Positions 42,101-57,100 of a DNA stretch of 64,000 nt are shown here, piece by piece. A program made the translations under genes and the position numbers. Positions within the stretch are counted from its first letter, which is position 1; every line of letters starts with the position of its first letter. The notes beneath the pieces were generated by a model that was not told the DNA's origin, did not search any database, and saw only the letters and a list, made by a program, of their open reading frames with translations. This stretch comes from Eledone cirrhosa. Taxonomy: Eukaryota. The DNA is taken from contig OZ024744.1 of the NCBI GenBank assembly GCA_964016885.1, positions 51,646,001 through 51,710,000 of the forward strand, read 5' to 3'.

Positions 42101-45100
42101 GAGACAGGAATGAGAGAAAGATGTCGTTGGTGGATTTATGGTACGGCTGTGAGACATGAATGAGAGGAAGATCTCGTTGGTGGAGTTATGGTACGGTAGT
42201 GAGACAGGAATGAGAGGAAGATGTCGTTGGTGGAGTTATGGTACGGTTGTGAGATAGGAATGCGAGGAAGATGTCGTTGGTGGAGTTATGGTACGGTTGT
42301 GAGACAGGAATGAGAGAAAGACGTCGTTGGTGGAGTTATGATACGGCCGTGAGAGAAATGATAGAAAGACGTCGTTGCTGGAGTTATGGTACGGCTGTGA
42401 GACAGGAATGAGGGAAAGACGTATTGGTGGAGTTATGGTACGGTTGTGAGACAGGAATGAGAGAAAGACGTCGTTGGTGGAGTTATGGTACGGCTGTGAG
42501 ACAGGAATGAGAGAAAACCTCGTTGGTGCAGTTATGGTATGGCTGTGAGACAGGAATGAGAAAACAATATCGTTGGTGGAGTTATGGTAATGCTGTGAGA
42601 CAGGAATTAGAGGAAGACATCGTTGGTGGAGTTATGGTACGGCTGTGAGACAGGAATGAGAGAAAGGCGTCGTTGGTGGAGTTATGGTATCGCTGTGAGA
42701 GAAATGAGAGAAAGATGTCTTTGGTGGAGTTATGGTACGGCTGTGAGACAAGAATCAGAGGAAGATGTCGTTGGTGGAGTTATGGTACGGTTGTGAGATA
42801 GGAATGAGAGAAAGACGTCGTTGGTGGTGTTATGGTACGGCTGTGAGTTGGTGGAGTTAGGGTACGGTTGTGAGACAGGAATGAGAGGAAGATGTCGTTG
42901 GTGGTCTTATGGTACGGCTGTGAGACATGAATGAGAGGAAGATCTCGTTGGTGGAGTTATGGTACGGTAGTGAGACAGGAATGAGAGGAAGATGTCGTTG
43001 GTGGAGTTATGGTACGGTTGTGAGTTAGGAATGCGATGAAGATGTCGTTGGTGGAGTTATGGTACGGTTGTGAGACAGGAATGAGAGAAAGACGTCGTTG
43101 GTGGAGTTATGATACGGCCGTGAGAGAAATGATAGAAAGACGTCGTTGCTGGAGTTATGGTACGGCTGTGAGACAAGAATGAAAGGAAGATCTCGTTGGT
43201 GGAGTTATGGTACGACTTTGAGACAGGAATGAGAGGAAGATGTCGTTGGTGGAGTTATGGTAATGCTGTGAGACAGGAATGAGAGGAAGACGTCGTTGGT
43301 GGAGTTATGGTACGGCTGTGAGACAGGAATGAGAGAAAGATGTCGTTGGTGGAGTTACGGTACGGTTGTGAGACAAGAATGAGAAAAAGATGTCGTTGAT
43401 GGAGTTATAGTAATGCTGCGAGACAGGAATGAGAGGAAGACGTCGTTGGTGGAGTTATGGTATGGCTGTGAGACAGGAATGAGAGGAAGATGTCCTTGGT
43501 GGAGTTATGGTACGGCTGTGAGACAGGAATGAGAGGAAGACATCGTTGTTGGAGTTATGGTACGGTTGTGAGACAGCAGTGAGAGAAAGATGTCATTGGT
43601 GGAGTTATGGTACGGCTGTGAGACAGGAATGAGAGAAAGACGTCGTTGGTGGAGTTATGGTACGGCTGTGAGACAGGAATGAGAGGAAGATGTCGTTGGT
43701 GGAGTTATGGTACGGCTGTGAGACAGGAGTTAGAGAAAGATGTTGGTGGAGTTATGGTACGGCTGTGATACAGGAATGAGAAAAAAATGTCGTTGGTGGA
43801 GTTATGGTAATGCTGTAAGACAGGAATTAGAGGAAGACGTCGTTGGTGGAGTTATGGTACGGCTGTGAGACAGGAATGAGAGAAAGGCGTCGTTGGTAGA
43901 GTTATGGTATCGCTGTGAGAGAAATGAGAGAAAGATGTTGTTGGTGGAGTTATGGTACGGCTGTGATGGAGGAATGAGAGGAAGATGTCGTTGGTGGAGT
44001 TATGGTACGGTTGTGAGACAGGAATGAGAGGAAGATGTCGTTCGTGGAGTTATGGTACGGTTGTGAGATAGGAATGAGAGAAAGACGTCGTTGGTGGTGT
44101 TATGGTACGGCTGTGAGTTGGTGGAGTTAGGGTACGGTTGTGAGACAGGAATGAGAGGAAGATGTCGTTGGTGGTCTTATGGTACGGCTGTGAGACATGA
44201 ATGAGAGGAAGATCTCGTTGGTGGAGTTATGGTACGGTAGTGAGACAGGAATGAGAGGAAGATGTCGTTGGTGGAGTTATGGTACGGTTGTGAGATAGGA
44301 ATGCGAGGAAGATGTCGTTGGTGGAGTTATGGTACGGTTGTGAGACAGGAATGAGAGAAAGACGTCGTTGGTGAAGTTATGATACGGCCGTGACAGAAAT
44401 GATAGAAAGACGTCGTTGCTGGAGATATGGTACGGCTGTGAGACAAGAATGAGAGGAAGATCTCGTTGGTGGAGTTATGGTACGATTTTGAGACAGGAAT
44501 GAGAGGAAGATGTCGTTGGTGGAGTTATGGTAATGCTGTGAGACAGGAATGAGAGGAAGACGTCGTTGGTGGAGTTATGGTACGGCTGTGAGACAGGAAT
44601 GAATGAAAGACTTCGTTGGTGGAGTTATGGTACGGTTGTGAGACAGGAATGAGAGGAAGATGTCGTTGGTGGAGTTATGGTACGGCTGTGAGACCGGAAT
44701 GAGAGGAAGATGTCGTTGGTGGAGTTATGGTACGGTTGTGAGATAGGAATGCGAGGAAGATGTCGTTGGTGGAGTTATGGTACGGTTGTGAGACAGGAAT
44801 GAGAGAAAGACGTCGTTGGTGGAGTTATGGTACGGCTGTGAGACAGGAATGAGAGAAAACCTCGTTGGTGCAGTTATGGTATGGCTGTGAGACAGGAATG
44901 AGAGGAAGACGTCCTTAGTGGAGTTATGGTACGGCTGTGAGAGAAATGAGAGAAAGACGTCGTTGCTGGAGTTATGGTACGGCTGTGAGACAAGAATGAG
45001 AGGAAGATCTCGTTGGTGGAGTTATGGTACGACTTTGAGACAGGAATGAGAGGAAGATGTCGTTGGTGGAGTTATGGTAATGCTGTGAGACAAGAATGAG

Positions 45101-48100
45101 AGGAAGACGTCGTTGGTGGAGTTATGGTACGGCTGTGAGACAGGAATGAGGGAAAGACTTCGTTGGTGGAGTTATGGTACGGTTGTGAGACCGGAATGAG
45201 AGGAAGACGTCGTTGGTGGGGTTATGGTTCGGCTGTGAGTAAGAATGAGAGGAAGATGTCGTTGGTGGAGTTATGGTACGACTGTGAAAGAGGCATGAGA
45301 GAAAGACGTCGCTGGTGGAGTTATGGTACGGCAGTGAGACAGGAATGAGAGAAAGATGTCGTTGGTGGATTTATGGTACGGCTGTGAGACAGGAAAGAGA
45401 GAAAGATGTCGTTGGTGGAGTTACGGTACGGCTGTGAGACAAGAATGAGAAAAAGATGTCGTTGGTGGAGTTATAGTAATGCTGCGAGACAGGAATGAGA
45501 GGAAGACGTCGTTGGTGGAGTTATGGTATGGCTGTGAGACAGGAATGAGAGGAAGACGTCCTTGCTGGAGTTATGGTACGGCTGTGAGACAGGAATGAGA
45601 GGAAGACGTCGTTGTTGGAGTTATGGTACGGTTGTGAGACAGCAGTGAGAGAAAGATGTCATTGGTGGAGTTATGGTACGGCTGTGAGACAGGAATGAGA
45701 GAAAGACGTCGTTGGTGGAGTTATGGTACGGCTGTGAGACAGGAATGAGAGGAAGATGTCGTTGGTGGAGTTATGGTACGGCTGTGAGACAGGAGTTAGA
45801 GAAAGATGTTGGTGGAGTTATGGTACGGCTGTGATACAGGAATGAGAAAAAAATGTCGTTGGTGGAGTTATGGTAATGCTGTAAGACAGGAATTAGAGGA
45901 AGACGTCGTTGGTGGAGTTATGGTACGGCTGTGAGACAGGAATGAGAGAAAGGCGTCGTTGGTAGAGTTATGGTATCGCTGTGAGAGAAATGAGAGAAAG
46001 ATGTCGTTGGTGGAGTTATGGTACGGCTGTGAGACAAGAATGAGAGGAAGATGTCGTTGGTGGAGTTATGGTACGGTTGTGAGACAGGAATGAGAGGAAG
46101 ATGTCGTTCGTGGAGTTATGGTACGGTTGTGAGATAGGAATGAGAGAAAGACGTCGTTGGTGGTGTTATGGTACGGCTGTGAGTTGGTGGAGTTAGGGTA
46201 CGGTTGTGAGACAGGAATGAGAGGAAGATGTCGTTGGTGGTCTTATGGTACGGCTGTGAGACATGAATGAGAGGAAGATCTCGTTGGTGGAGTTATGGTA
46301 CGGTAGTGAGACAGGAATGAGAGGAAGATGTCGTTGGTGGAGTTATGGTACGGTTGTGAGATAGGAATGCGAGGAAGATGTCGTTGGTGGAGTTATGGTA
46401 GGGTTGTGAGACAGGAATGAGAGAAAGACGTCGTTGGTGGAGTTATGATACGGCCGTGACAGAAATGATAGAAAGACGTCGTTGCTGGAGTTATGGTACG
46501 GCCGTGAGACAGGAATGAGAGGAAGATGTCGTTGGTGGAGTTATGGTACGGCTGTGAGACCGGAATGAGAGGAAGACGTCGTTGGTGGGGTTATGGTACG
46601 GCTGTAAAAGAGGCATGAGAGAAAGACGTCGCTGGTGGAGTTATGGTACGGCAGTGAGACAGGAATGAGAGAAAGATGTCGTTGGTGGAGTTATGGTACG
46701 GCTGTGAGACAGGAAAGAGAGAAAGATGTCGTTGGTGGAGTTATGGTACGGCTGTGAGACAAGAATGAGAAAAAGATGTTGTTGGTGGAGTTATAGTAAT
46801 GCTGCGAGACAGGAATGAGAGGAAGACGTCGTTGGTGGAGTTATGGTATGGCTGTGAGACAGGAATGAGAGGAAGACGTCCTTGGTGGAGTTATGGTACG
46901 GCTGTGAGACAGGAATGAGAGGAAGACGTCGTTGTTGGAGTTATGGTACGGTTGTGAGACAGGAATGAGAGAAAGACGTCGTTGGTGGAGTTATGGTACG
47001 GCTGTGAGACAGGAGTTAGAGAAAGATGTTGGTGGAGTTATGGTAATGCTGTGATACAGGAATGAGAAAAAAATGTCGTTGGTGGAGTTATGGTAATGCT
47101 GTGAGACAGGAATTAGAGGAAGACGTCGTTGGTGGAGTTATGGTATCGCTGTGAGAGAAATGAGAGAAAGATATCGTTGGTGGAGTTATGGTACGGCTGT
47201 GAGACAAGAATGAGAGGAAGATATCGTTGGTGGAGTTATGGTACGGTTGTGAGACAGGAATGAGAGGAAGATGTCGTTCGTGGAGTTATGGTACGGTTGT
47301 GAGTTGGTGGAGTTATGGTACGGTTGTGAGACAGGAATGAGAGGAAGACGTCGTTGGTGGAGTTATGGTAATGCTGTGAGACAGGAATGAGAGGAAGACG
47401 TCGTAGGTGGAGTTATAGTACGGCTGTGAGACAGGAATGAGAGAAAACCTCGTTGGTGTAATTATGGTATGGCTCTGAGACAGGAATGAGAGAAAGATGT
47501 CGTTGGTGGAGTTATGGTACGGCTGTGTGACAAGAATGAGAGGAAGATGTCGTTGGTGGATTTATGGTACGGTTGTGAGACAGGAATGAGAGGAAGATGT
47601 CGTTGGTGGAGTTATGGTACGGCTGTGAGACAGGAATGAGAGAAAGACGTCGTTGGTGGAGTTATGGGACGGCTGTGAGACAGGAATGAGAGGAAGACGT
47701 CGTTGGTGGAGTTATGGTACGGTTGTGAGACAGGAATGAGAGAAAGATGTCGTTGGTGGAGTTATGGTACGGCTGTGAGACAGGAAAAAGAGAAAGATGT
47801 CGTTGGTGGAGTTATGGTACGGCTGTGAGACAAGAATGAGAAAAAGATGTCGTTGGTGGAGTTATAGTAATGCTGCGAGACAGGAATGAGAGGAAGACGT
47901 CGATGGTGGAGTTATGGTATGGCTGTGAGACAAGAATGAGAGGAAGACGTCGTTGGTGGAGTTATGGTACGTCTGTGAGACAGGAATGAGAAAAAGATGT
48001 CGTTGGTGGAGTTATGGTAATGCTGTGAGACAGGAATTAGAGGAAGAAGTCGTTGGTGGAGTTATGGTATGGCTGTGAGACTGAAATGAGAGGAAGACGT

Positions 48101-51100
48101 CCTTGGTGGAGTTATGGTACGGCTGTGAGACAGGAATGAGACAAAGGCGTCGTTGGTGGAGTTATGGTACCGCTGTGAGAGAAATGAGAGAAAGATGTCG
48201 TTGGTGGAGTTATGGTACGGCTGTGAGTCAAGAATGAGAGGAAGATGTCGTTGGTGGAGTTATGGTACGGTTGTGAGATAGGAATGAGAGAAAGACGTCG
48301 TTGGTGGAGTTATGGTAATGCTGTGAGACAGGAATGAGAGGAAGACGTCGTTGGTGGAGTTATGGTACGGCTGTGAGACAGGAATGAGAGAAAGACGTCG
48401 TTGGTGGAGTTATGGTATGGTTGTGAGACAGGAATGAGAGAAAGACGTCGTTGGTGGAGTTATGGTATGGCTGTGAGACAGGAATGAGAGAAAGACCTCG
48501 TTGGTGGAGTTATGGTACGGTTGTGAGACAGGAATGAGGGGAAGATGTCGTTGGTGGAGTTATGGTACGGTTGTGAGACAGGAATGAGAGGAAGACGTCG
48601 TTGATGGAGTTATGGTACGACTGTGAGACAGGAATGAGAGGAAGACGTCGTTGGTGGAGTTATGGTACGGTTGTGAGACAGGAATGAGAGGAAGATGTCG
48701 TTGGTGGAGTTATGGTACGGCTGTGAGAGAAATGAGAGAAAGATGTCGTTGGTGGAGTTATGGTACGGCTGTGAGACATGAATGAGAGGAAGACGTCGTT
48801 GGTGGAGTTATGGTACGGCTGTGAGACAAGAATGAGAAAAAGATGTCGTTGGTGGAGTTATAGTAATGCTGCGAGACAGGAATGAGAGGAAGACGTCGTT
48901 GGTGGAGTTATGGTACGGCTGTGAGACAAGAATGAGAGGAAGACGTCCTTGTTGGAGTTATGGTATGGCTGTGAGACAGGAATGAGAGGAAGACGTCGTT
49001 GGTGGAGTTATGGTAGGCTGTGAAACAGGAGTTAGAGAAAGATGTTGGTGGAGTTATGGTACGGCTGTGATACAGGAATGAGAAAAATATGTCGTTGGTG
49101 GAGTTATGGTAATGCTGTGAGACAGGAATTAGAGGAAGACGTCGTTGGTGGAGTTATGGTATGGCTGTGAGACAGGAATGAGAGGAAGACGTCCTTGGTG
49201 GAGTTATGGTACGGCTGTGAGACAGGAATGAGAAAAAGGCGTCGTTGGTGGAGTTATGGTACGACTGTGAAAGAGGCATGAGAGAAAGACGTCGCTGGTG
49301 GAGTTATGGTACGGCAGTGAGACAGGAATGAGAGAAAGATGTCGTTGGTGGAGTTATGGTACGGTTGTGAGACAGGAAAGAGAGAAAGATGTCGTAGGTG
49401 GAGTTATGGTACGGCTGTGAGACAAGAATGAGAAAAAGATGTCGTTGGTGGAGTTATAGTAATGCTGCGAGACAGGAATGAGAGGAAGACGTCGTTGGTG
49501 GAGTTATGGTATGGCTGTGAGACAGGAATGAGAGGAAGACGTCCTTGGTGGAGTTATGGTACGGGTGTGAGACAGGAATGAGAGGAAGACGTCGTTGTCG
49601 GAGTTATGGTACGGTTGTGAGACAGCAGTGAGAGAAAGATGTCATTGGTGGAGTTATGGTACGGCTGTGAGACAGGAATGAGAGAAAGACGTCGTTGGTG
49701 GAGTTATGGTACGTCTGTGAGACAGGAGTTAGAGAAAGATGTTGGTGGAGTTATGGTACGGCTGTGATACAGGAATGAGAAAAAAATGTCGTTGGTGGAG
49801 TTATGGTAATGCTGTGAGACAGGAATGCGAGGAAGACGTCGTTGGTGGAGTTATGGTACGGTTGTGAGACAGGAATGAGAGAAATACGTCGTTGGTGGAG
49901 TTATGATACGGCCGTGAGAGAAATGAGAGAAAGACGTCGTTGCTGGAGTTATGGTACGGCTGTGAGACAAGAATGAGAGGAAGATCTCGTTGGTGGAGTT
50001 ATGGTACGACTTTGAGACAGGAATGAGAGGAAGATGTCGTTGGTGGAATTATGGTAATGCTGTGAGACAGGAATGAGAGGAAGACGTCGTTGGTGGAGTT
50101 ATGGTACGGCTGTGAGACAGGAATGAGAGAAAGATGTCGTTGGTGGAGTTATGGTACGGCTGTGAGACAGGAATGAGAGAAAACCTCGTTGGTGTAGTTA
50201 TGGTATGGCTGTGAGACAGGAATGAGAGGAAGACGTCCTTGGTGGAGTTATGGTACGGCTGTGAGACAGGAATGAGAGAAAGATGTCGTTGGTGGAGTTA
50301 TGGTACGGCTGTGTGACAAGAATGAGAGGAAGATGTCGTTGGTGGAGTTATGGTACGGTTGTGAGACAGGAATGAGAGGAAGATGTCGTTGGTGGAGTTA
50401 TGGTACGGTTGTGAGATAGGAATGAGAGAAAGACGTCGTTGGCGGTCTTATGGTACGGTAGTGAGACAGGAATGAGAGGAAGATGTCGTTGGTGGAGTTA
50501 TGGTACGGCTGTGAGACAGGAATGAGAGAAAGACGTCGTTGGTGGAGTTATGGTACGGTTGTGAGACAGGAATGAGAGAAAGACGTCGTTGGTGGAGTTA
50601 TGGTATGGCTGTGAGACAGGAATGAGAGAAAGACCTCGTTGGTGGAGTTATGGTACGGTTGTGAGACAGGAATGAGGGGAAGATGTCGTTGGTGGAGTTA
50701 TGGTACGGCTGTGTGACAAGAATGAGAGGAAGATGTCGTTGGTGGATTTACGGTACGGTTGTGAGACAGGAATGAGAGGAAGATGTCGTTGGTGGAGTTA
50801 TGGTACGGTTGTGAGATAGGAATGAGAGAAAGACGTCGTTGGCGGTCTTATGGTACGGTAGTGAGACAGGAATGAGAGGAAGATGTCGTTGGTGGAGTTA
50901 TGGTACGGCTGTGAGACAGGAATGAGAGAAAGACGTCGTTGGTGGAGTTATGGTACGGTTGTGAGACAGGAATGAGAGAAAGACGTCGTTGGTGGAGTTA
51001 TGGTACGGTTGTGAGACAGGAATGAGAGAAAGACGTCGTTGGTGGAGTTATGGTACGGTTGTGAGACAGGAATGAGGGGAAGATGTCGTTGGTGGAGTTA

Positions 51101-54100
51101 TGGTACGGTTGTGAGACAGGAATGAGAGGAAGACGTCGTTGGTGGAGTTATGGTACGGTTGTGAGACAGGAATGAGAGGAAGATGTCGTTGGTGGAATTA
51201 TGGTACGGCTGTGAGAGAAATGAGAGAAAGATGTCGTTGGTGGAGTTATGGTACGGCTGTGAGACATGAATGAGAGGAAGACGTCGTTGGTGGAGTTATG
51301 GTATGGCTGTGAGACAGGAATGAGCGGAAGACGTCCTTGGTGGAGTTATGGTACGGCTGTGAGACAGGAATGAGAAAAAGACGTCGTTGGCGGTCTTATG
51401 GTACGGTAGTGAGACAGGAATGAGAGGAAGATGTCGTTGGTGGAGTTATGGTACGGTTGTGAGATAGGAATGAGAAAAAGACGTCGTTGGCGGTCTTATG
51501 GTACGGTAGTGAGACAGGAATGAGAGGAAGATGTCGTTGGTAGATTTATGGTACGGCTGTGAGACCGGAATGAGAGGAAGACGTCGTTGGTGGAGTTATG
51601 GTACGGCAGGTGAGAGAGGAATGAGAGAAAGACGTCGCTGGTGGAGTTATGGTACGGTTGTGAGACAGGAATGAGAGGAAGACGTCGTTGATGGAGTTAT
51701 GGTACGACTGTGAGAGAGGAATGAGAGAAAGACGTCGCTGGTGGAGTTATGGTACGGCTGTGAGACAGGAATGAGATAAAGATGTTGTTGGTGGAGTTAT
51801 GGTACGGCTGTGAGTAAGAATGAGAGGAAGATGTCGTTCGTGGAGTTATGGTACGGCTGTGAGACAGGAATGAGAGAAAGACCTCGTTGGTGGAGTTATG
51901 GTACGGTTGTGAGACAGGAATGAGAGAAAGACGTCGTTGGTGGAGTTATGGTACGGCTGTGAGACAGGAATGAGAGGAAGACGTCGTTGGTGGAGTTATG
52001 GTACTGTTGTGAGACAAGAATGAGAAAAAGATGTCGTTGGTGGAGTTATAGTAATGCTGCGAGACCGGAATGAGAGGAAGACGTCGTTGGTGGAGTTATG
52101 GTACGACTGTGAGAGAGGAATGAGAGAAAGACGTCGCTGGTGGAGTTATGGTACGGCAGTGAGACAGGAATGAGATAAAGATGTTGTTGGTGGAGTTATG
52201 GTACGGCTGTGAGACAGGAATGAGAGAAAGACGTCGCTGGTGGAGTTATGGTACGGCAGTGAGACAGGAATGAGATAAAGATGTTGTTGGTGGAGTTATG
52301 GTACGGCTGTGAAACAGGAAAGACAGAAAGATGTCGTTGGTGGAGTTATGGTACTACTGTGAGACAAGAATGAGAAAAAGATGTCGTTGGTGGAGTTATA
52401 GTAATGCTGCGAGACAGGAATGAGAGGAAGACGTCGTTGGTGGAGTTATGGTACAGCTGTGAGACAGGAATGAGGGAACGACGTCGTTGGTAGAGTTATA
52501 GTACGGCGGTGAGACAGGAATGAGAGAAAGACGTCGCTGGTGGAGTTATGGTACGGCAGTGAGACAGGAATGAGATAAAGATGTTGTTGGTGGAGTTATG
52601 GTACGGCTGTGAAACAGGAAAGACAGAAAGATGTCGTTGGTGGAGTTATGGTACTACTGTGAGACAAGAATGAGAAAAAGATGTCGTTGGCGGAGTTATG
52701 GTAATGCTGTGAGACAGGAATGAGAGGAAGACGTCGTTGTTGGAGTTATGGTACGGTTGTGAGACAGCAGTGAGAGAAAGATGTCATTGGGGGAGTTATG
52801 GTACGGCGGTGAGACAGGAATGAGAGAAAGACGTCGTTGGTGGATTTATGGTACGGCTGTGAGACAGGAATGAGAGGAAATGTCGTTGGTGGAGTTATGG
52901 TATGGTCGTGAGATAGGACTGAGAGAACGATGTCGTTGGTGGAGTTATAGTACGGCTGTGAGACAGGAATGAGAGGAAGATGTCGTTGGTGGAGATATGG
53001 TACGGCTGTGAGACAGGAATGAGAGGAAGACGTCGTTGGTGGAGTTATGGTACAGCTGTGAGACAGGAATGAGGGAAAGACGTCGTTGGTGGAGTTATGG
53101 TACGGCTGTGAGACAGGAATGAGAGGAAATGTCGTTGGTGGAGTTATGGTATGGTCGTGAGATAGGACTGAGAGAACGATGTCGTTGGTGGAGTTATAGT
53201 ACGGCTGTGAGACAAGAATGAGAGGAAGATGTCGTTGGTGGAGTTATGGTACGGTTGTGAGACAGGAATGAGATAAAGATGTCGTTGGTGGAGTGATGGT
53301 ACGGCTGTGAGTTGGTGGAGTTATGGTACGGTTGTGAGACAGGAATGAGAGGAAGATGTCGATGGTGGAGTTATGGTACGGTTGTGAGATAGGAATGAGA
53401 GAAAGACGTCGTTGGTGGAGTTATGGTACGGCTGTGAGACAGGAATGAGAGAAAGATGTCGTTGGTGGTGTTATGGTACGGCTGTGAGACAGGAATGAGA
53501 GGAAGATCTCGTTGGTGGAGTTATGGTATGGTAGTGAGACAGGAATGAGAGAAAGACGTCGTTGGTGGAGTTATGGTACGGCTGTGAGAGAAATGAAAGA
53601 AAGACGTCGTTGCTGGAGTTATGGTACGGCTGTGAGACAGGAATGAGAGAAAGATGTCGTTGGTGGTGTTATGGTACGGCTGTGAGACAGGAATGAGAGG
53701 AAGATCTCGTTGGTGGAGTTATGGTATGGTAGTGAGACAGGAATGAGAGAAAGACGTCGTTGGTGGAGTTATGGTACGGCTGTGAGAGAAATGAAAGAAA
53801 GACGTCGTTGCTGGAGTTATGGTACGGCTGTGAGACAGGAATGAGAGAAAGATTTTGTTGGTGGAGTTATGGTACGACTTTGAGACAGGAATCAGAGGAA
53901 AAGGGCATTGGTAGAGTTATGGTACCGTCGATGCTGGAGTGATTTTAAGGCTGTGAGAAAGGAATGAGAGAAAGATGTTGGTGGTATTATGGTACGGCTG
54001 TGATACAAGAATGAGAAAAAGATGTCGTTGGCGGAGTTATGGTAATGCTGTGAGACAGGAATGAGAGGAAGACGTCGTTGTTGGAGTTATGGTACGGTTG

Positions 54101-57100
54101 TGAGACAGCAGTGAGAGAAAGATGTCATTGGTGGAGTTATGGTACGGCTGTGAGACAGGAGTTAGAGAAAGATGTTGGTGGAGTTATGGTACGGCTGTGA
54201 TACAAGAATGAGAAAAAGATGTCGTTGGCGGAGTTATGGTAATGCTGTGAGACAGGAATGAGAGGAAGACGTCGTTGTTGGAGTTATGGTACGGTTGTGA
54301 GACAGCAGTGAGAGAAAGATGTCATTGGGGGAGTTATGGTACGGCGGTGAGACAGGAATGAGAGAAAGACGTCGTTGGTTGAATTATGGTACGGCTGTGA
54401 GAGAGGAATGAGAGGAAGACGTCGTTGGTGGAGTTATGGTATGGCTGTGAGACAGGAATGAGAGAAAGATGTCGTTGGTGGAGTTATGGTATGGTCGTGA
54501 GATAGGACTGAGAGAAAGATGTCGTTGGTTGAGTTACGGTACGACTGTGAGACAGGAATGAGAGAAAGATGTCGTTGGTGGAATTATGGTACGGTTGTGA
54601 GACAGGAATGAGAGGAAGATGTCGTTCGTGGAGTTATGGTATGGTTTTGAGACAAGAATGAGAGAAAGATGTCGTTGGTGGAGTTATGGTACGGCTGTGA
54701 GTAGGAATGAGAGAAAGACGTCGCTGGTGGAGTTATGGTATGGTTGTGAGACAGGAATGAGAGAAAGATGTCGTTGGTGGAGTTATGGTATCGTCGTGAT
54801 ATAGGACTGAGAGAAAGATGTCGTTGGTGGAGTTACGGTACGGCTGTGAGACAGGAATGAGAGAAAGTGTCGTTGGTGGAGCTATGGTACGGCTGTGAGA
54901 CAGGAATGAGAGGAAGATGTCGTTGTTGGAGTTATGGTACGGTTGTGAGACAGCAGTGAAAGAAAGATGTCATTGGTGGAGTTATGGTACGGCTGTGAGA
55001 CAGGAATGAGAGAAAGACGTCGTTGGTGGAGTTATGGTAATGCTGTGAGACAGGAATGAGAGGAAGACGTTGTTGGTGGATTTATGGTACGGGTGTGAGA
55101 GAAATGAGAGAAAGATATCGTTGGTGGAGTTATGGTATGGCTGTGAGACAGGAATGAGAGGAAGACGTCCTTGGTGGAATTATGGTACGGTTGTGAGACA
55201 AGAATGAGAGAAAATGTCGTTGGTGGAGTTATGGTACGGCTGTGAGACAGGAATGAGAGAAAGACGTCGTTGGTGGAGTTATGGTACGGCTGTGAAAGAA
55301 ATGAGAGAAAGATGTCGTTGGTGGAGTTATGGTACGGCTGTGAGTAGGAATGAGAGGAAGATGTCGTTGGTGGTGTTATGGTACGGCTGTGAAACAGGAA
55401 TGAGAGAAAGACCTCGTTGGTGGAGTCATGGTACGGCTGTGAGAGAGGAATTAGAGGAAGACGTCGTTGATGGAGTTATGGTACGACTGTGAGAGAGGAA
55501 TGAGAGAAAGACGTCGCTGGTGGAGTTATGGTACGGCTGTGAGACAGGAATGAGATAAAGATGTTGTTGGTGGAGTTATGGTACGGCTGTGAGTAAGAAT
55601 GAGAGGAAGATGTCGTTCGTGGAGTTATGGTACGGCTGTGAGACAGGAATGAGAGAAAGACCTCGTTGGTGGAGTTATGGTACGGTTGTGAGACAGGAAT
55701 GAGAGGAAGATGTCGTTGGTGGAGTTATGGTACGACTGTGAGAGAGGAATGAGAGAAAGACGTCGCTGGTGGAGTTATGGTACGGCAGTGAGACAGGAAT
55801 GAGATAAAGATGTTGTTGGTGGAGTTATGGTACGGCTGTGAGACAGGAATGAGAGAAAGACGTCGCTGGTGGAGTTATGGTACGGCAGTGAGACAGGAAT
55901 GAGGTAAAGATGTTGTTCGTGGAGATATGGTACGGCTGTGAGACAGGAAAGACAGAAAGATGTCGTTGGTGGAGTTATGGTACTACTGTGAGACAAGAAT
56001 GAGAAAAAGATGTCGTTGGTGGAGTTATAGTAATGCTGCGAGACAGGAATGAGAGGAAGACGTCGTTGGTGGAGTTATAGTACGGTTGTGAGACAGGAAT
56101 GAGAGAAAGACGTCGTTGGTGGAGTTATGGTACGGCTGTGAGACAGGAATGAGAGGAAGACGTCGTTGGTGGAGTTATGGTACAGCTGTGAGACAGGAAT
56201 GAGGGAAAGACGTCGTTGGTGGAGTTATGGTACGGCTGTGAGACAGGAATGACAGGAAATGTCGTTGGTGGAGTTATGGTATGGTCGTGAGATAGGACTG
56301 AGAGAACGATGTCGTTGGTGGAGTTATAGTACGGCTGTGAGACAAGAATGAGAGGAAGATGTCGTTGGTGGAGTTATGGTACGGTTGTGAGACAGGAATG
56401 AGAGGAAGATGTCGTTGGTGGAGTTATGGTACGGCTGTGAGTTGGTGGAGTTATGGTACGGTTGTGAGACAGGAATGAGAGGAAGATGTCGATGGTGGAG
56501 TTATGGTACGGTTGTGAGATAGGAATGAGAGAAAGACGTCGTTGGTGGAGTTATGGTACGGCTGTGAGAGAAATGAAAGAAAGACGTCGTTGCTGGAGTT
56601 ATGGTACGGCTGTGAGACAGGAATGAGAGAAAGATGTCGTTGGTGGTGTTATGGTACGGCTGTGAGAAAGGAATGAGAGGAAGATCTCGTTGGTGGAGTT
56701 ATGGTATGGTAGTGAGACAGGAATGAGAGAAAGACGTCGTTGTTGGAGTTACGGTACGGCTGTGAGAGAAATGAAAGAAAGACGTCGTTGCTGGAGTTAT
56801 GGTACGGGTGTGAGACAGGAATGAGAGAAAGATTTTGTTGGTGGAGTTATGGTACGACTTTGAGACAGGAATCAGAGGAAAATGTCATTGGTAGAGTTAT
56901 GGTACCGTCGATGCTGGAGTTATTTTAAGGCTGTGAGAAAGGAATGAGAGAAAGATGTTGGTGGTGTTATGGTACGGCTGTGATACAAGAATGAGAAAAA
57001 GATGTCGTTGGCGGAGTTATGGTAATGCTGTGAGACAGGAATGAGAGGAAGACGTCGTTGTTGGAGTTATGGTACGGTTGTGAGACAGCAGTGAGAGAAA

